In this document: one piece after another, positions 38,197 through 47,322 of the stretch
Layout of the letters: each line of letters opens with the position of its first letter
Position numbering within the stretch: position 1 is the first letter of the stretch
NCBI GenBank assembly: GCA_023411615.1
Contig: JAEYOR010000010.1
Location: forward strand, 92,797 to 156,796
Direction: 5' to 3'
Length of the DNA stretch: 64,000 nt
Source: Actinomycetes bacterium
GTDB lineage: Bacteria; Actinomycetota; Actinomycetes; Actinomycetales; Demequinaceae
Translations under genes and position numbers: made by a program
Notes under the pieces: model-generated
Database searches by the model: none
The model's input: only the letters and a program-made list of their open reading frames with translations
Told to the model about the DNA's origin: nothing

Positions 38197-38269
38197 GCGG
38201 ACGTGGCTCAGTTGGTAGAGCATCACCTTGCCAAGGTGAGGGTCGCGGGTTCGAATCCCGTCGTCCGCT
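38197..38269 (+). tRNA. tRNA-Gly (anticodon GCC)
   Basis: Cloverleaf: GCGGACG acceptor, GCTC-AGTTGGTA-GAGC, TCACC-TTGCCAA-GGTGA, GCGGG-TTCGAAT-CCCGT, CGTCCGC plus discriminator T. Confidence 0.92.
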
Positions 38270-38304
38270 CGAAGGGCCGATGCCTGACCGGGTATTGGAT
38301 CTGC

Positions 38305-38375
38305 GGTGGGTTGGCCGAGAGGCGAGGCAGCGGCCTGCAAAGCCGTATACACGGGTTCGAATCCCGTACCCACCT
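38305..38375 (+). tRNA. tRNA-Cys (anticodon GCA)
   Basis: Cloverleaf: GGTGGGT acceptor, anticodon loop CTGCAAA, T-arm ACGGG-TTCGAAT-CCCGT, ACCCACC plus T. Confidence 0.9.
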
Positions 38376-38380
38376 CGCGC

Positions 38381-38452
38381 GGGCGATTGGCGCAGCGGTA
38401 GCGCGCTTCCCTGACACGGAAGAGGTCACTGGTTCGAACCCAGTATCGCCCA
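38381..38452 (+). tRNA. tRNA-Val (anticodon GAC)
   Basis: Cloverleaf identical to the tRNA-Val at 35980-36051 except at 4 positions. The anticodon loop is CTGACAC. Confidence 0.92.
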
Positions 38453-38569
38453 CTAGCAGTGCCAGGCGTATGTCTCGCCTCCCTCCCGCATCGGCATCCG
38501 CACCGCGCGGAATCAAACTCGCCTCTTGCGCCGTTCTGACATGATGAATGTTCGCGACGAGAGGGTGGC

Positions 38570-41086
38570 ATGGCCGACATTTCCAACGAACGCACCAAGC
38601 GACTCGGGCATCGCGTCGACGCTGCAGTTCCGCTGTCGACGTATCGCCTCCAGTTGACCCCCGATTTCACATTTGCCGATGCCGAGGCTCAGCTGCCGTA
38701 CTACTCGTCACTTGGCGTCAGCCACCTTTACCTCTCCCCCATCCTCACCGCCGCTCCCGGTTCGACGCACTTCTACGACGTCGTTGACCACTCCCACATT
38801 GCCTCGTCTCTTGGCGGCATGGACCAGCTCCGATCGCTCGCAAAGGCCGCCCACGCAGCAGGTCTCGGTCTCATTGCGGACGTGGTGCCGAACCACATGG
38901 CCGTGCCGACGCCCGTTTATCACAACCGCGCGCTCTGGTCAGTGCTCGCTGAGGGCAAGGACTCCCCTTACGCCCACTGGTTCGATGTCGACTGGTCGAG
39001 CCAAGACGGCGTTCTCATGCCTGTGCTCGGGGACCGCATCGGCTCGATCCTTGCTCGCGGCGAATTGACCCTTGATTCGATGGTGGTTCCCGGCTTCACT
39101 GAAGCGGGCGAGGTGCCGGTGCTGCGCTACTTCGACCATGTGCTGCCGGTTCGCGAGGGCACGGAGAATCTGCCGCTCGACGCGCTTGTCACCGAGCAGC
39201 ATTACCGCCTTGCCTACTGGCGTGTCGCCAATGAGGAGCTCAACTACCGCCGATTCTTTGATGTTGGCTCGCTCGTCGCTGTACGCGTGGAAGATCCTCA
39301 CGTTTTTGAGGCCACCCACCGCACGATCATTGACCTGATTGCCGATGGCACGCTCGACGGGTTACGCATTGACCATCCGGATGGACTTGCCGACCCAGCG
39401 GGTTACATTGCACGCTTGTCAGAGGCAACGAATGGCGCATGGATTGTTGTCGAGAAGATCCTCGAGGACGAGGAACGCCTGCCCTCGTCGTGGAAGACGG
39501 CGGGAACGACGGGCTACGACGCCTCGTGGCGGATCGGCGCGCTTTTGCGCGACGCGGCTGGCTCCGCGCCACTCGCGGGGACCCTGTATCAATTGACGGG
39601 CGATGCCATGGGCGCGCTGCCGCGCCTCATCGATGAGGCCAAGCGTGAGATCGTCGCCGACTCACTCACGTCTGAGGCGCGCCGCCTTGCGACCCTCGCC
39701 CATGACGTCTGCCGCACCGATGTCCGGCTCCGCGATCACACGTGGGCGGCCTTGTATGACTGTCTGAGGACAATGCTTGTCACCTTTGGGCGTTACAGGG
39801 CCTACGTCGTGCCCGGAACGCCTGCAAAGCCCGCGTCTCTCGAGGCGATTGACCACGCAGCAAAGCGCGCACGTGCTCTTCTCGATGAGGAACGTCACGA
39901 GACTCTCGACGTGGTGATCGACCTCCTCAAAGGCCTGGAAGTCGGCTCCGCTGGACGCACACACGATTCCCAGCGGGCCGAGCTCATCACCCGCTTCCAG
40001 CAAGCCTGCGGCGCCGTCATGGCCAAGGGCGTGGAGGACACGGCCTATTACCGGTGGACCCACCTCTTGCCACTGTGTGAAGTCGGCTCCCCTGCGGGCC
40101 GTTTTGCGCTTCCGCCGTCGTCATTCCACGCCTGGGCGGCTGAGCAGCAAATGACGTACCCGCATGCAATGACCACCCTCACGACTCACGACACCAAGCG
40201 CTCGGAAGACATTCGTGCGCGTCTCGGTGTTCTCAGTGAGGTGCCCGATCATTGGGATGCGTGGCTGACCCGGGTACGCACCGCGACGGCCGAGCTGCGG
40301 CCAACGGAGCTCGACGGGCGTATGGAGAACCTGTGGTGGCAGACGCTGGTGGGTACCGTTGCCGCCGACGGCTCCCTCATGGAATGGGACCGACTCGAGG
40401 GATACCTCACGAAGGCGATGCGTGAGGCGAAGACTCATACGAGCTGGGTGCGCGTCAACGAGCCATACGAGAACGCCGTCCAGTGGTTTGCTCAAGCGAC
40501 TCATGCCGATCCGCTTGTGCGGGACATGGTCGCTGAGTGGACCGGATTGACAAGCGACGGTGCGCGGGTAGCGATTCTCGCGCAGAAGCTGATCCACCTC
40601 ACGATGCCTGGAGTGCCTGACGTGTATCAAGGCACTGAAGTGGTGCGCCCGCTCCTTGTCGACCCCGACAATCGTCTCCCAGTCGACAACGCCGCTTTGC
40701 AGAGCGAGTTCGAGAAGCTGTCACGCGGGGCCAAGCCGCGCCTGCTCGACGAGGAAAAGCTGCACGTCACTACCGCGGCGCTTCATGCACGCCGGGCCCA
40801 TCCAGGCGCCTTCGTTGGCGAATCAGCCGGATACGTTCCTTTGCCGTCCTCAAGCGGACATGCTGTTGTCTTCGCTCGTACGGACAACGATGAGCCGCGT
40901 GTCATCACCGTCGCGACTCGGCTCGGTATTGAGCTTGACAGGCTCGGCGGTTGGGGCGAGCACACCGTCACCTTGCCGCCGGGGGTCTGGCGTGACGCAC
41001 TCACTGGCGCCGAATACGAAGGCGGCACCGTCGGCCTCGCGGCGATCCTCAAGACGCTCCCAGTCGCGCTGTTGGAACGCCAATGA
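38570..41086 (+). CDS. treY: Malto-oligosyltrehalose synthase
   Basis: 838 aa with STYRLQLTPDFTFADAEAQLPYYSSLGVSHLYLSPIL...VPNHMAV...DGLRIDHPDGL, the TreY signature regions. Confidence 0.92.
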   Translation: MADISNERTKRLGHRVDAAVPLSTYRLQLTPDFTFADAEAQLPYYSSLGVSHLYLSPILTAAPGSTHFYDVVDHSHIASSLGGMDQLRSLAKAAHAAGLGLIADVVPNHMAVPTPVYHNRALWSVLAEGKDSPYAHWFDVDWSSQDGVLMPVLGDRIGSILARGELTLDSMVVPGFTEAGEVPVLRYFDHVLPVREGTENLPLDALVTEQHYRLAYWRVANEELNYRRFFDVGSLVAVRVEDPHVFEATHRTIIDLIADGTLDGLRIDHPDGLADPAGYIARLSEATNGAWIVVEKILEDEERLPSSWKTAGTTGYDASWRIGALLRDAAGSAPLAGTLYQLTGDAMGALPRLIDEAKREIVADSLTSEARRLATLAHDVCRTDVRLRDHTWAALYDCLRTMLVTFGRYRAYVVPGTPAKPASLEAIDHAAKRARALLDEERHETLDVVIDLLKGLEVGSAGRTHDSQRAELITRFQQACGAVMAKGVEDTAYYRWTHLLPLCEVGSPAGRFALPPSSFHAWAAEQQMTYPHAMTTLTTHDTKRSEDIRARLGVLSEVPDHWDAWLTRVRTATAELRPTELDGRMENLWWQTLVGTVAADGSLMEWDRLEGYLTKAMREAKTHTSWVRVNEPYENAVQWFAQATHADPLVRDMVAEWTGLTSDGARVAILAQKLIHLTMPGVPDVYQGTEVVRPLLVDPDNRLPVDNAALQSEFEKLSRGAKPRLLDEEKLHVTTAALHARRAHPGAFVGESAGYVPLPSSSGHAVVFARTDNDEPRVITVATRLGIELDRLGGWGEHTVTLPPGVWRDALTGAEYEGGTVGLAAILKTLPVALLERQ

Positions 41087-42885
41087 CAGCCCGTGCTCCT
41101 GTGCGGGTGTGGGCACCACATGCGTCACATGTCGCGGTGCACGTGCGCGCGCCTGGCAGCCTGGCCGACGCCGCCCCCGCCGTCCTCGACATGGAGAGCG
41201 GCGCTGGCGGCTGGTGGAACGGGCCGACGTTGCCCCCAGGGACCGATTACGCCTTTGCCGTGGACGGGTCCGGCCCCTTCCCAGACCCACGCAGCGCGTG
41301 GCAGCCACATGGAGTCCATGGCTTCGCTCGTGTGTTCGACGCCTCCGCACACCGGTGGAGCGATGACGCGTGGAACGGACGCGACGCGCGTGGCGCCGTC
41401 ACGTATGAACTCCATGTCGGCACGTTCACGCCAGCTGGCACACTCGATGCGATCGTCGGCCACCAACTGGAGGACCTCGCGAGCAAGGGAATCGAGATGA
41501 TCGAGCTGATGCCGCTCGCCGCATTCCCCGGCAATCGTGGATGGGGCTACGACGGTGTCGCCTTGTATGCCGTCCATGAAGCGTACGGAGGCCCTTCGGC
41601 ACTGCAGAGGCTCGTTGACGCTGCCCACAGCGTCGGCATCGGAGTGTGCCTCGACGTCGTCTACAACCACCTAGGCCCTGACGGCAACTACTTGGGCCAG
41701 TACGGGCCCTACTTCACCGACGCGCACGAAACTCCGTGGGGTTGGGCCGTCAATCTCGACCAGGAATGTTCGGAAGGAGCGCGCGAGTTCATCATCGACA
41801 ACGCGCTCCGCTGGTTTGAGGACTTCCATGTCGATGCTTTGCGGCTCGATGCGGTCCATGCTCTCGTTGACGACTCCCCCGTCCACATCCTCGCTGAGCT
41901 GTCACAGCGGACTGCCGATCTGTCACAACGACTCGGCCGCCCTCTGTCTCTCATTGCCGAGTCCGACGAGAACCTGCCCGCCACAGTCACCCCGTTAGGC
42001 GAGAACGCGCCCGATGGCGCCCCTGGGCGAGGAATGACTGCCCAGTGGGCAGACGACGTCCACCACGCGCTCCACGCCTATCTCACCGGCGAACGGCACG
42101 GCTACTACGTTGATTTCGGCTCAATCGAGACTCTCGACAAGGCGTATCGGGAGGTCTTTGTCCACGACGGCACGATGTCTACCTTCCGAGGCCGGCACTG
42201 GGGCGCTCCGGTGCCACCGGACATGGACCGACGGCGATTTGTTGTGTTCGCGTCGAACCACGATCAAGTGGGCAATCGCGCTCTTGGTGACCGGCCGGCG
42301 TCCTCGCTCAGCCCTGGTAAACAAGCGGCCTCACTCGCCCTTGTGCTTCTGAGCCCGTTCACACCCATGCTCTTCATGGGTGAGGAGTACGGAGAGACAC
42401 GTCCCTTCATGTTCTTCACGGATCACGCAGAGCCTCTCGGCACCGCTGTCTCTGAGGGCCGCATGAGCGAGTTCGCCGGGCACGGGTGGGAGGCGCTGTA
42501 TGGCGGTGACATTCAAGTCCCAGATCCGCAAGATCGCGACACCTTCATGCGCTCCAAGCTTGGCGCAGGCATCGCGGCGAGCACTGCAACGCAGCGCGCC
42601 CTCGAATCGTGGTTTGCGGCTGTGATGGCGGCTCGGGACCTCACACTGCGTCCAGGGGCGTGGGACCGATTCTCGGCCGGTGCTTATGAAGTCGCTGCGC
42701 GCCAACTTGTCATGACGGGTCCGGTTGAGGTGAGGGCAAACCTCTCGAACGCGCCGATGCCGGTGACAGGCCGCGTCATTGCCGTCTTCGGCGTCGACGG
42801 CTCCCCCTCCGACCTTACGGAACTACCGCCCGACGCTGTCGCCCTCATCGACTCGTCGGCCTCCGACACGGCTACGCAGCAGTAG
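41083..42885 (+). CDS. treZ: Malto-oligosyltrehalose trehalohydrolase
   Basis: 600 aa with GH13 regions (CLDVVYNHLGPDGNYL, DALRLDAVHAL, LIAESD, FASNHDQVGNR). The start overlaps the treY stop. Confidence 0.92.
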   Translation: MTARAPVRVWAPHASHVAVHVRAPGSLADAAPAVLDMESGAGGWWNGPTLPPGTDYAFAVDGSGPFPDPRSAWQPHGVHGFARVFDASAHRWSDDAWNGRDARGAVTYELHVGTFTPAGTLDAIVGHQLEDLASKGIEMIELMPLAAFPGNRGWGYDGVALYAVHEAYGGPSALQRLVDAAHSVGIGVCLDVVYNHLGPDGNYLGQYGPYFTDAHETPWGWAVNLDQECSEGAREFIIDNALRWFEDFHVDALRLDAVHALVDDSPVHILAELSQRTADLSQRLGRPLSLIAESDENLPATVTPLGENAPDGAPGRGMTAQWADDVHHALHAYLTGERHGYYVDFGSIETLDKAYREVFVHDGTMSTFRGRHWGAPVPPDMDRRRFVVFASNHDQVGNRALGDRPASSLSPGKQAASLALVLLSPFTPMLFMGEEYGETRPFMFFTDHAEPLGTAVSEGRMSEFAGHGWEALYGGDIQVPDPQDRDTFMRSKLGAGIAASTATQRALESWFAAVMAARDLTLRPGAWDRFSAGAYEVAARQLVMTGPVEVRANLSNAPMPVTGRVIAVFGVDGSPSDLTELPPDAVALIDSSASDTATQQ

Positions 42886-43852
42886 CGCCCTCCGTGGGAT
42901 CGCTCATCGCGGCAAGTCTCGACAACGCGCGGAAATACTTCTTGCGATAACCGCCGGCGAGCATGTCAGGAGTGAAGATGTCGCCAAGTGACGCGCCACT
43001 TGCCACGATGCTGGCATCAGCGTCGTACAGACGGTCAACCAAGGTGACGACACGCAGAGCCTGAGTCTGATCGGCCAACGGCGCGACGTTCCTGATCCCG
43101 AGCCAGCGAACTCCCTCGATATACGCACCCAGTCGGCTCGGATGGACGTGGGCGAGATCATCTACAAGTTCTCGCCACTCGACCACATGCCCGCCCCATT
43201 TGTCGGCCACACCGGTGACGTCAGCGTCGGAGGCAACCGTGAACATCATCTCGCCGCGATGGCGGTAATCGGGCCCGTCAATCGTCACGACCTCAAAGAC
43301 CGTGGCGAGGGCTTGAATCTCTCTCTTGAAGTCCTCCGCCGCGAAGCGGCCCATGCCGAGCGACTCAGGCAATGTGTTGGAGGTCGCCGCGAGGGCAACC
43401 CCTGCGTCGGCAAGTTCCCGCATGAGCCGCGCCATCAACACGGTGTCGCCCGGATCATCAAGCTCAAACTCATCGATGCACACAACACGAAACTCGCCCA
43501 GTGCCGCACGGGCACTCCGGAAGCCCAGCGCCCCGACGAGGTGGGTGTACTCAACGAAGGTGCCGAATGCTGCCCGGTCGCCCAACTGCGTCGCAAGCGC
43601 GGCGAGCAAGTGCGTCTTGCCGACCCCAAAGCCACCATCGAGGTAGATGCCTTTGCCTGCAGCGCTGCGCCGGAACTTCCCCTCCGCGGCCCCAGCAAAA
43701 CGGCGAACGCGATCGCGGCCCTCACGTTGCGACGGAAAGTCCGGATCCGGGCGATACGTGTCGAATGTGGCGTCGCCGAAATGTGCAGGGACGCGGAAGC
43801 GCCGAAGCAGCGCTTCCGCGTCCAGCACAGGCCTGCGGCCCACCAACGTCAC
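42872..43852 (-). CDS. zapE: Cell division protein ZapE (AFG1-like ATPase)
   Basis: 326 aa with the Walker A motif GGFGVGKTHLLAA and the Walker B motif VVCIDEFELDD. Confidence 0.85.
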   Translation of the reverse strand: MTLVGRRPVLDAEALLRRFRVPAHFGDATFDTYRPDPDFPSQREGRDRVRRFAGAAEGKFRRSAAGKGIYLDGGFGVGKTHLLAALATQLGDRAAFGTFVEYTHLVGALGFRSARAALGEFRVVCIDEFELDDPGDTVLMARLMRELADAGVALAATSNTLPESLGMGRFAAEDFKREIQALATVFEVVTIDGPDYRHRGEMMFTVASDADVTGVADKWGGHVVEWRELVDDLAHVHPSRLGAYIEGVRWLGIRNVAPLADQTQALRVVTLVDRLYDADASIVASGASLGDIFTPDMLAGGYRKKYFRALSRLAAMSDPTEGATAA

Positions 43853-43907
43853 TTCATCACCTCGTGACTCTCAACGCGGATGCGACGCGACAAGCTGACC
43901 TGAAGGC

Positions 43908-45341
43908 TTATGCCTCGACCTCAGTGCGGTCCCCCGACCACAGCGTGTGGAAGGTGCCGTCACCGTCGATGCGCTTGTAGGTGTGAGCGCCAAAGAAGTC
44001 GCGCTGGCCCTGGATGAGAGCGGCAGGCAGACGCTCGGCGCGCAGCGAGTCGTAGTACGCCAACGAAGACGAGAAGGCGGGAGTCGGCACGCCGGCAAGC
44101 GCGGCCTGCGCAACAACACGGCGCCACCCGGATACACCCTCCGCAACCGCTTCAGTGAAGTACGGGTCGACAAGCAGGGAGGGAAGCGTGGGGTTGCGCT
44201 CATACGCTTCGGTGATGCGGTTGAGGAACCGTGCCCGAATGATGCAGCCACCGCGCCAGATGCGTGCCATCGCTCCACGGTCGATGTTCCAGTCGTACTC
44301 TTCCGAGGCGGCCTGGATCTGATCGAAGCCCTGGGCGTAGGCGACAACCTTCGATGCGTAAAGGGCAACGCGAACGTCCTCGATGAAGCCGTCGCGGTCC
44401 TTGATGTGGAACTCGCCTGCGGCGCCGGTCAGCACCTCGCGTGCAGCGACGCGCTGGGCCGTCTGGCTCGAGATGGCACGCGCGAAGGTGGCCTCCGCAA
44501 TACCCGTGACGGGCACGCCGAGGTCGAGAGCGTTCTGAACGGTCCAGCGGCCGGTGCCCTTTTGACCCGCCTGGTCCTGGATGATGTCCACGAGCGGCTT
44601 GCCGGTCTTCGCGTCGACCTGCTTCAGCACCTCGGCGGTGATCTCAATGAGGAAGCTCTCGAGGTCGCCCTCGTTCCATTCCTCGAAGATCGCCCCAATC
44701 TCGGCCGGCGTCAGGTCGAGGCCCTCGCGAAGCAGGTGGTATGCCTCGGCAATGAGCTGCATGTCCGCGTACTCGATGCCGTTGTGCACCATCTTGACGA
44801 AGTGACCGGCGCCATCGGGGCCCACGTGCGTGCAGCAGGGCACGCCATCAACCTTCGCAGAAATCTTCTCGAGGATGGGGCCCAGAGAGGCGTAGGACTC
44901 AGCGGGGCCACCCGGCATGATCGACGGGCCAAGGAGAGCGCCCTCTTCACCACCAGAAACACCCGAACCGACAAAGTGAATGCCCTGCTCGCGCAAAGCG
45001 GCCTCACGGCGGCGCGTGTCCGGGTAATGAGCGTTTCCGGCATCGACAATGATGTCGCCCTCATCGATGAGCGGCACGAGAGCGTCGATGACGGCGTCGG
45101 TCGGGCCACCCGCCTGCACCATGATGACGATCTTGCGTGGCTTCTCAAGCGAGGCCACGAATTCCTCGAGCGTCTCCGAACCGATGAACGTGCCTTCGTC
45201 GCCGTGCTCGTCAACGAGTGAGCGCATCTTTTCGGGGCTTCGGTTATGAACCGCCACGGTGAAGCCATTACGAGCGAAGTTTCGAGCCAGATTGCGGCCC
45301 ATGACGGCCAGACCGGTCACACCAATTTGCGCAAGCGCCAT
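43908..45341 (-). CDS. gnd: 6-phosphogluconate dehydrogenase, decarboxylating
   Basis: The start at the ATG at 45341 gives MALAQIGVTGLAVMGRNLARN (Rossmann N-terminus). It also has GAGHFVKMVHNGIEY and FGAHTYKRID. Confidence 0.95.
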   Translation of the reverse strand: MALAQIGVTGLAVMGRNLARNFARNGFTVAVHNRSPEKMRSLVDEHGDEGTFIGSETLEEFVASLEKPRKIVIMVQAGGPTDAVIDALVPLIDEGDIIVDAGNAHYPDTRRREAALREQGIHFVGSGVSGGEEGALLGPSIMPGGPAESYASLGPILEKISAKVDGVPCCTHVGPDGAGHFVKMVHNGIEYADMQLIAEAYHLLREGLDLTPAEIGAIFEEWNEGDLESFLIEITAEVLKQVDAKTGKPLVDIIQDQAGQKGTGRWTVQNALDLGVPVTGIAEATFARAISSQTAQRVAAREVLTGAAGEFHIKDRDGFIEDVRVALYASKVVAYAQGFDQIQAASEEYDWNIDRGAMARIWRGGCIIRARFLNRITEAYERNPTLPSLLVDPYFTEAVAEGVSGWRRVVAQAALAGVPTPAFSSSLAYYDSLRAERLPAALIQGQRDFFGAHTYKRIDGDGTFHTLWSGDRTEVEA

Positions 45342-45460
45342 GTCACTTCCTTGCTGGGAGGGGTACGGGATCAAGCCTAGAGGGTGTCGCGGCCGACGGT
45401 GTCACAGGCAAGTGCGTGGCGTACCCGAGCCCGTCACGGTGGCGCCCGTAGGCTTCCCAT

Positions 45461-46015
45461 ATGGATGCCACGGCGGTTCCGGCCGCGTTCCGCGAGGCAC
45501 TGAACTCTTTGGGCCGGGCGCGAACGCGGCGTGACGTGCGCTTGGTCGAGACACCTGCGCCATCACGCATCGCACCGTACTCCGTCGCCGTCAATGGCAC
45601 CGTGCTCCCCGAAACACTCGAGACCACCGGGCGCTTTGTCGCCCTGCATGACCCTGCAGGCCAAGAGCCGTGGGGCGGTACATTTCGGGTAGTCGCGCTC
45701 GTGCAAGCACGTGTTGATGCCGAGGTGGGGCGAGATGACTTATGGGCGGACGCAGCATGGTCGTGGCTGGATGAGGCGCTCGCCGGCGTTGCGCATTCAC
45801 ATCTGGGCGGCACCGTGACAAAGGTGGTGTCGCGTTCATTTGGCCAGCTCGCAGAAAGAGAGGACGAGGTGACGGTGGAACTGCGGGTGTCGTGGACACC
45901 CCATGACGCTGACCTCGGCTTGCACATCATTGCGTGGACCGAATTGCTGGCGATGTGCGCAGGGGTTCCTCCCGCCCCCGAAGGTGTGTCCGTGCTTCCT
46001 GGAGGACACGTATGA
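45461..46015 (+). CDS. DUF3000-family protein
   Basis: 184 aa. The sequence (RIAPYSVAV...FVALHDPAGQEPWGG.FRVV) and its position immediately upstream of rnd match the conserved actinobacterial DUF3000-RNase D pair, from memory. Confidence 0.7.
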   Translation: MDATAVPAAFREALNSLGRARTRRDVRLVETPAPSRIAPYSVAVNGTVLPETLETTGRFVALHDPAGQEPWGGTFRVVALVQARVDAEVGRDDLWADAAWSWLDEALAGVAHSHLGGTVTKVVSRSFGQLAEREDEVTVELRVSWTPHDADLGLHIIAWTELLAMCAGVPPAPEGVSVLPGGHV

Positions 46016-47322
46016 GCGTTGCGGAAGATGGCGACACAAACTCCATCCGGACGGATGTGCCCACCGTGCCGACGCCGGTGCTTTTGGCCGCGCCCGAAGG
46101 GGGCGTGCCACCCGTCATTGACACCCCTGAGGCGCTTGATCGCGCGATCTCCGTGTTCGCTCGCGGCACGGGGCCAATCGCGGCCGACGCTGAACGTGCA
46201 TCGGGATTCCGATACGGGCAAGCGACGTACCTCGTGCAGTTCAAACGCGAGGGTGCTGGTATTGCCCTCATCGACACCGCCGCGCTCAACGATTTGAGTG
46301 GACTCAACGCGGTTCTCGACGGGGTCGAGTTCGTTTTCCACGCGGCGAGTCAGGACCTGCCCGGCATGCACGCTCTCGGTTTGAACCCGACGTCGCTCTT
46401 CGACACGGAGCTGGCGGCCCGTCTTCTCGGCTGGCCCAAAGTGGGACTCGCGTCTGTCATCGAGAAGGAGTTCGGCCTCACTCTCGCTAAGGAACATTCA
46501 GCTCAAGACTGGTCAATGCGTCCGTTGCCAGATTCATGGCTTGCATATGCCGCTCTCGATGTTGAGCTGCTCTTGCCTTTGCGCGACTCACTTGCCGCGC
46601 ACCTTGACGCAGCTGGCAAGACTGAGTGGGCTGCCCAAGAGTTCGAGGCAGTTCGCCTCGCACCGCCGCCCGAGCCGCGTGTCGACCCGTGGAGGCGCAC
46701 CTCGGGCACCCATACGGTGCGGGACACGCGTGGCCTCGCTGTGGTGCGTGCCCTATGGGAAGAACGCGACAAGGAGGCTCAGCGCAGGGATGTCACACCC
46801 GGGCGTGTGCTTCGCGACGCCGCAATCATCGCCGCCGCACGCGAGAAGCCGTCGTCATTTGACGCCCTCGTTGAGATTGCTGAGTGGCGGACCAAAGGCA
46901 CTCGCCGCGCCGCACCGCGCTGGTGGCCGGCTATTGAGGCCGCGCTGAGTCTTCCCGAGAAACAGCTGCCGTCACGCCGCGCACCTCAAGGCGACGGCCC
47001 GCCTCCGGCGCGCACATGGGCCGACAAGCGACCGGAAGCCGCGGCGCGGCTCGCGGAGGCGCGCACCGCTCTCGGCGCTCTTGCCGAACGTCACAATGTG
47101 CCTCTCGAGAACCTGCTGCAACCCGACGCGCTGCGCCGCGCATGTTGGGAGTATGGATCGGGCGGCGAGGAATGGGTTCGCCGCTTTCTCGCGGCACGTG
47201 GAGCCCGCCAGTGGCAAGTCGACCTCACTGCCCCAGCAATCGCCAGTGCATTCATACGCGCCCGAGTGCTCGATCACGTCGATCTCACCCCGGCACTCGC
47301 AGATGATGCCGGTGGCGCCTAG
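46012..47322 (+). CDS. rnd: Ribonuclease D-like 3'-5' exonuclease with an HRDC domain
   Basis: The ATG at 46012 forms an ATGA overlap with the DUF3000 stop. DEDDy exonuclease motifs are present (IAADAERASGFRY, FHAASQDLP, YAALDVELL), followed by an HRDC-like region. Confidence 0.85.
   Translation: MSVAEDGDTNSIRTDVPTVPTPVLLAAPEGGVPPVIDTPEALDRAISVFARGTGPIAADAERASGFRYGQATYLVQFKREGAGIALIDTAALNDLSGLNAVLDGVEFVFHAASQDLPGMHALGLNPTSLFDTELAARLLGWPKVGLASVIEKEFGLTLAKEHSAQDWSMRPLPDSWLAYAALDVELLLPLRDSLAAHLDAAGKTEWAAQEFEAVRLAPPPEPRVDPWRRTSGTHTVRDTRGLAVVRALWEERDKEAQRRDVTPGRVLRDAAIIAAAREKPSSFDALVEIAEWRTKGTRRAAPRWWPAIEAALSLPEKQLPSRRAPQGDGPPPARTWADKRPEAAARLAEARTALGALAERHNVPLENLLQPDALRRACWEYGSGGEEWVRRFLAARGARQWQVDLTAPAIASAFIRARVLDHVDLTPALADDAGGA

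Noticed and set aside
43947-45221. 424-aa plus-strand ORF inside gnd
   Set aside because: It is antisense to a highly conserved 6-phosphogluconate dehydrogenase.
45343-46497. 384-aa minus-strand ORF spanning the DUF3000 and rnd genes
   Set aside because: It is antisense to two plus-strand genes that are ATGA-coupled and carry DEDD exonuclease motifs. Its translation is Arg/Ser/Thr-rich and featureless.
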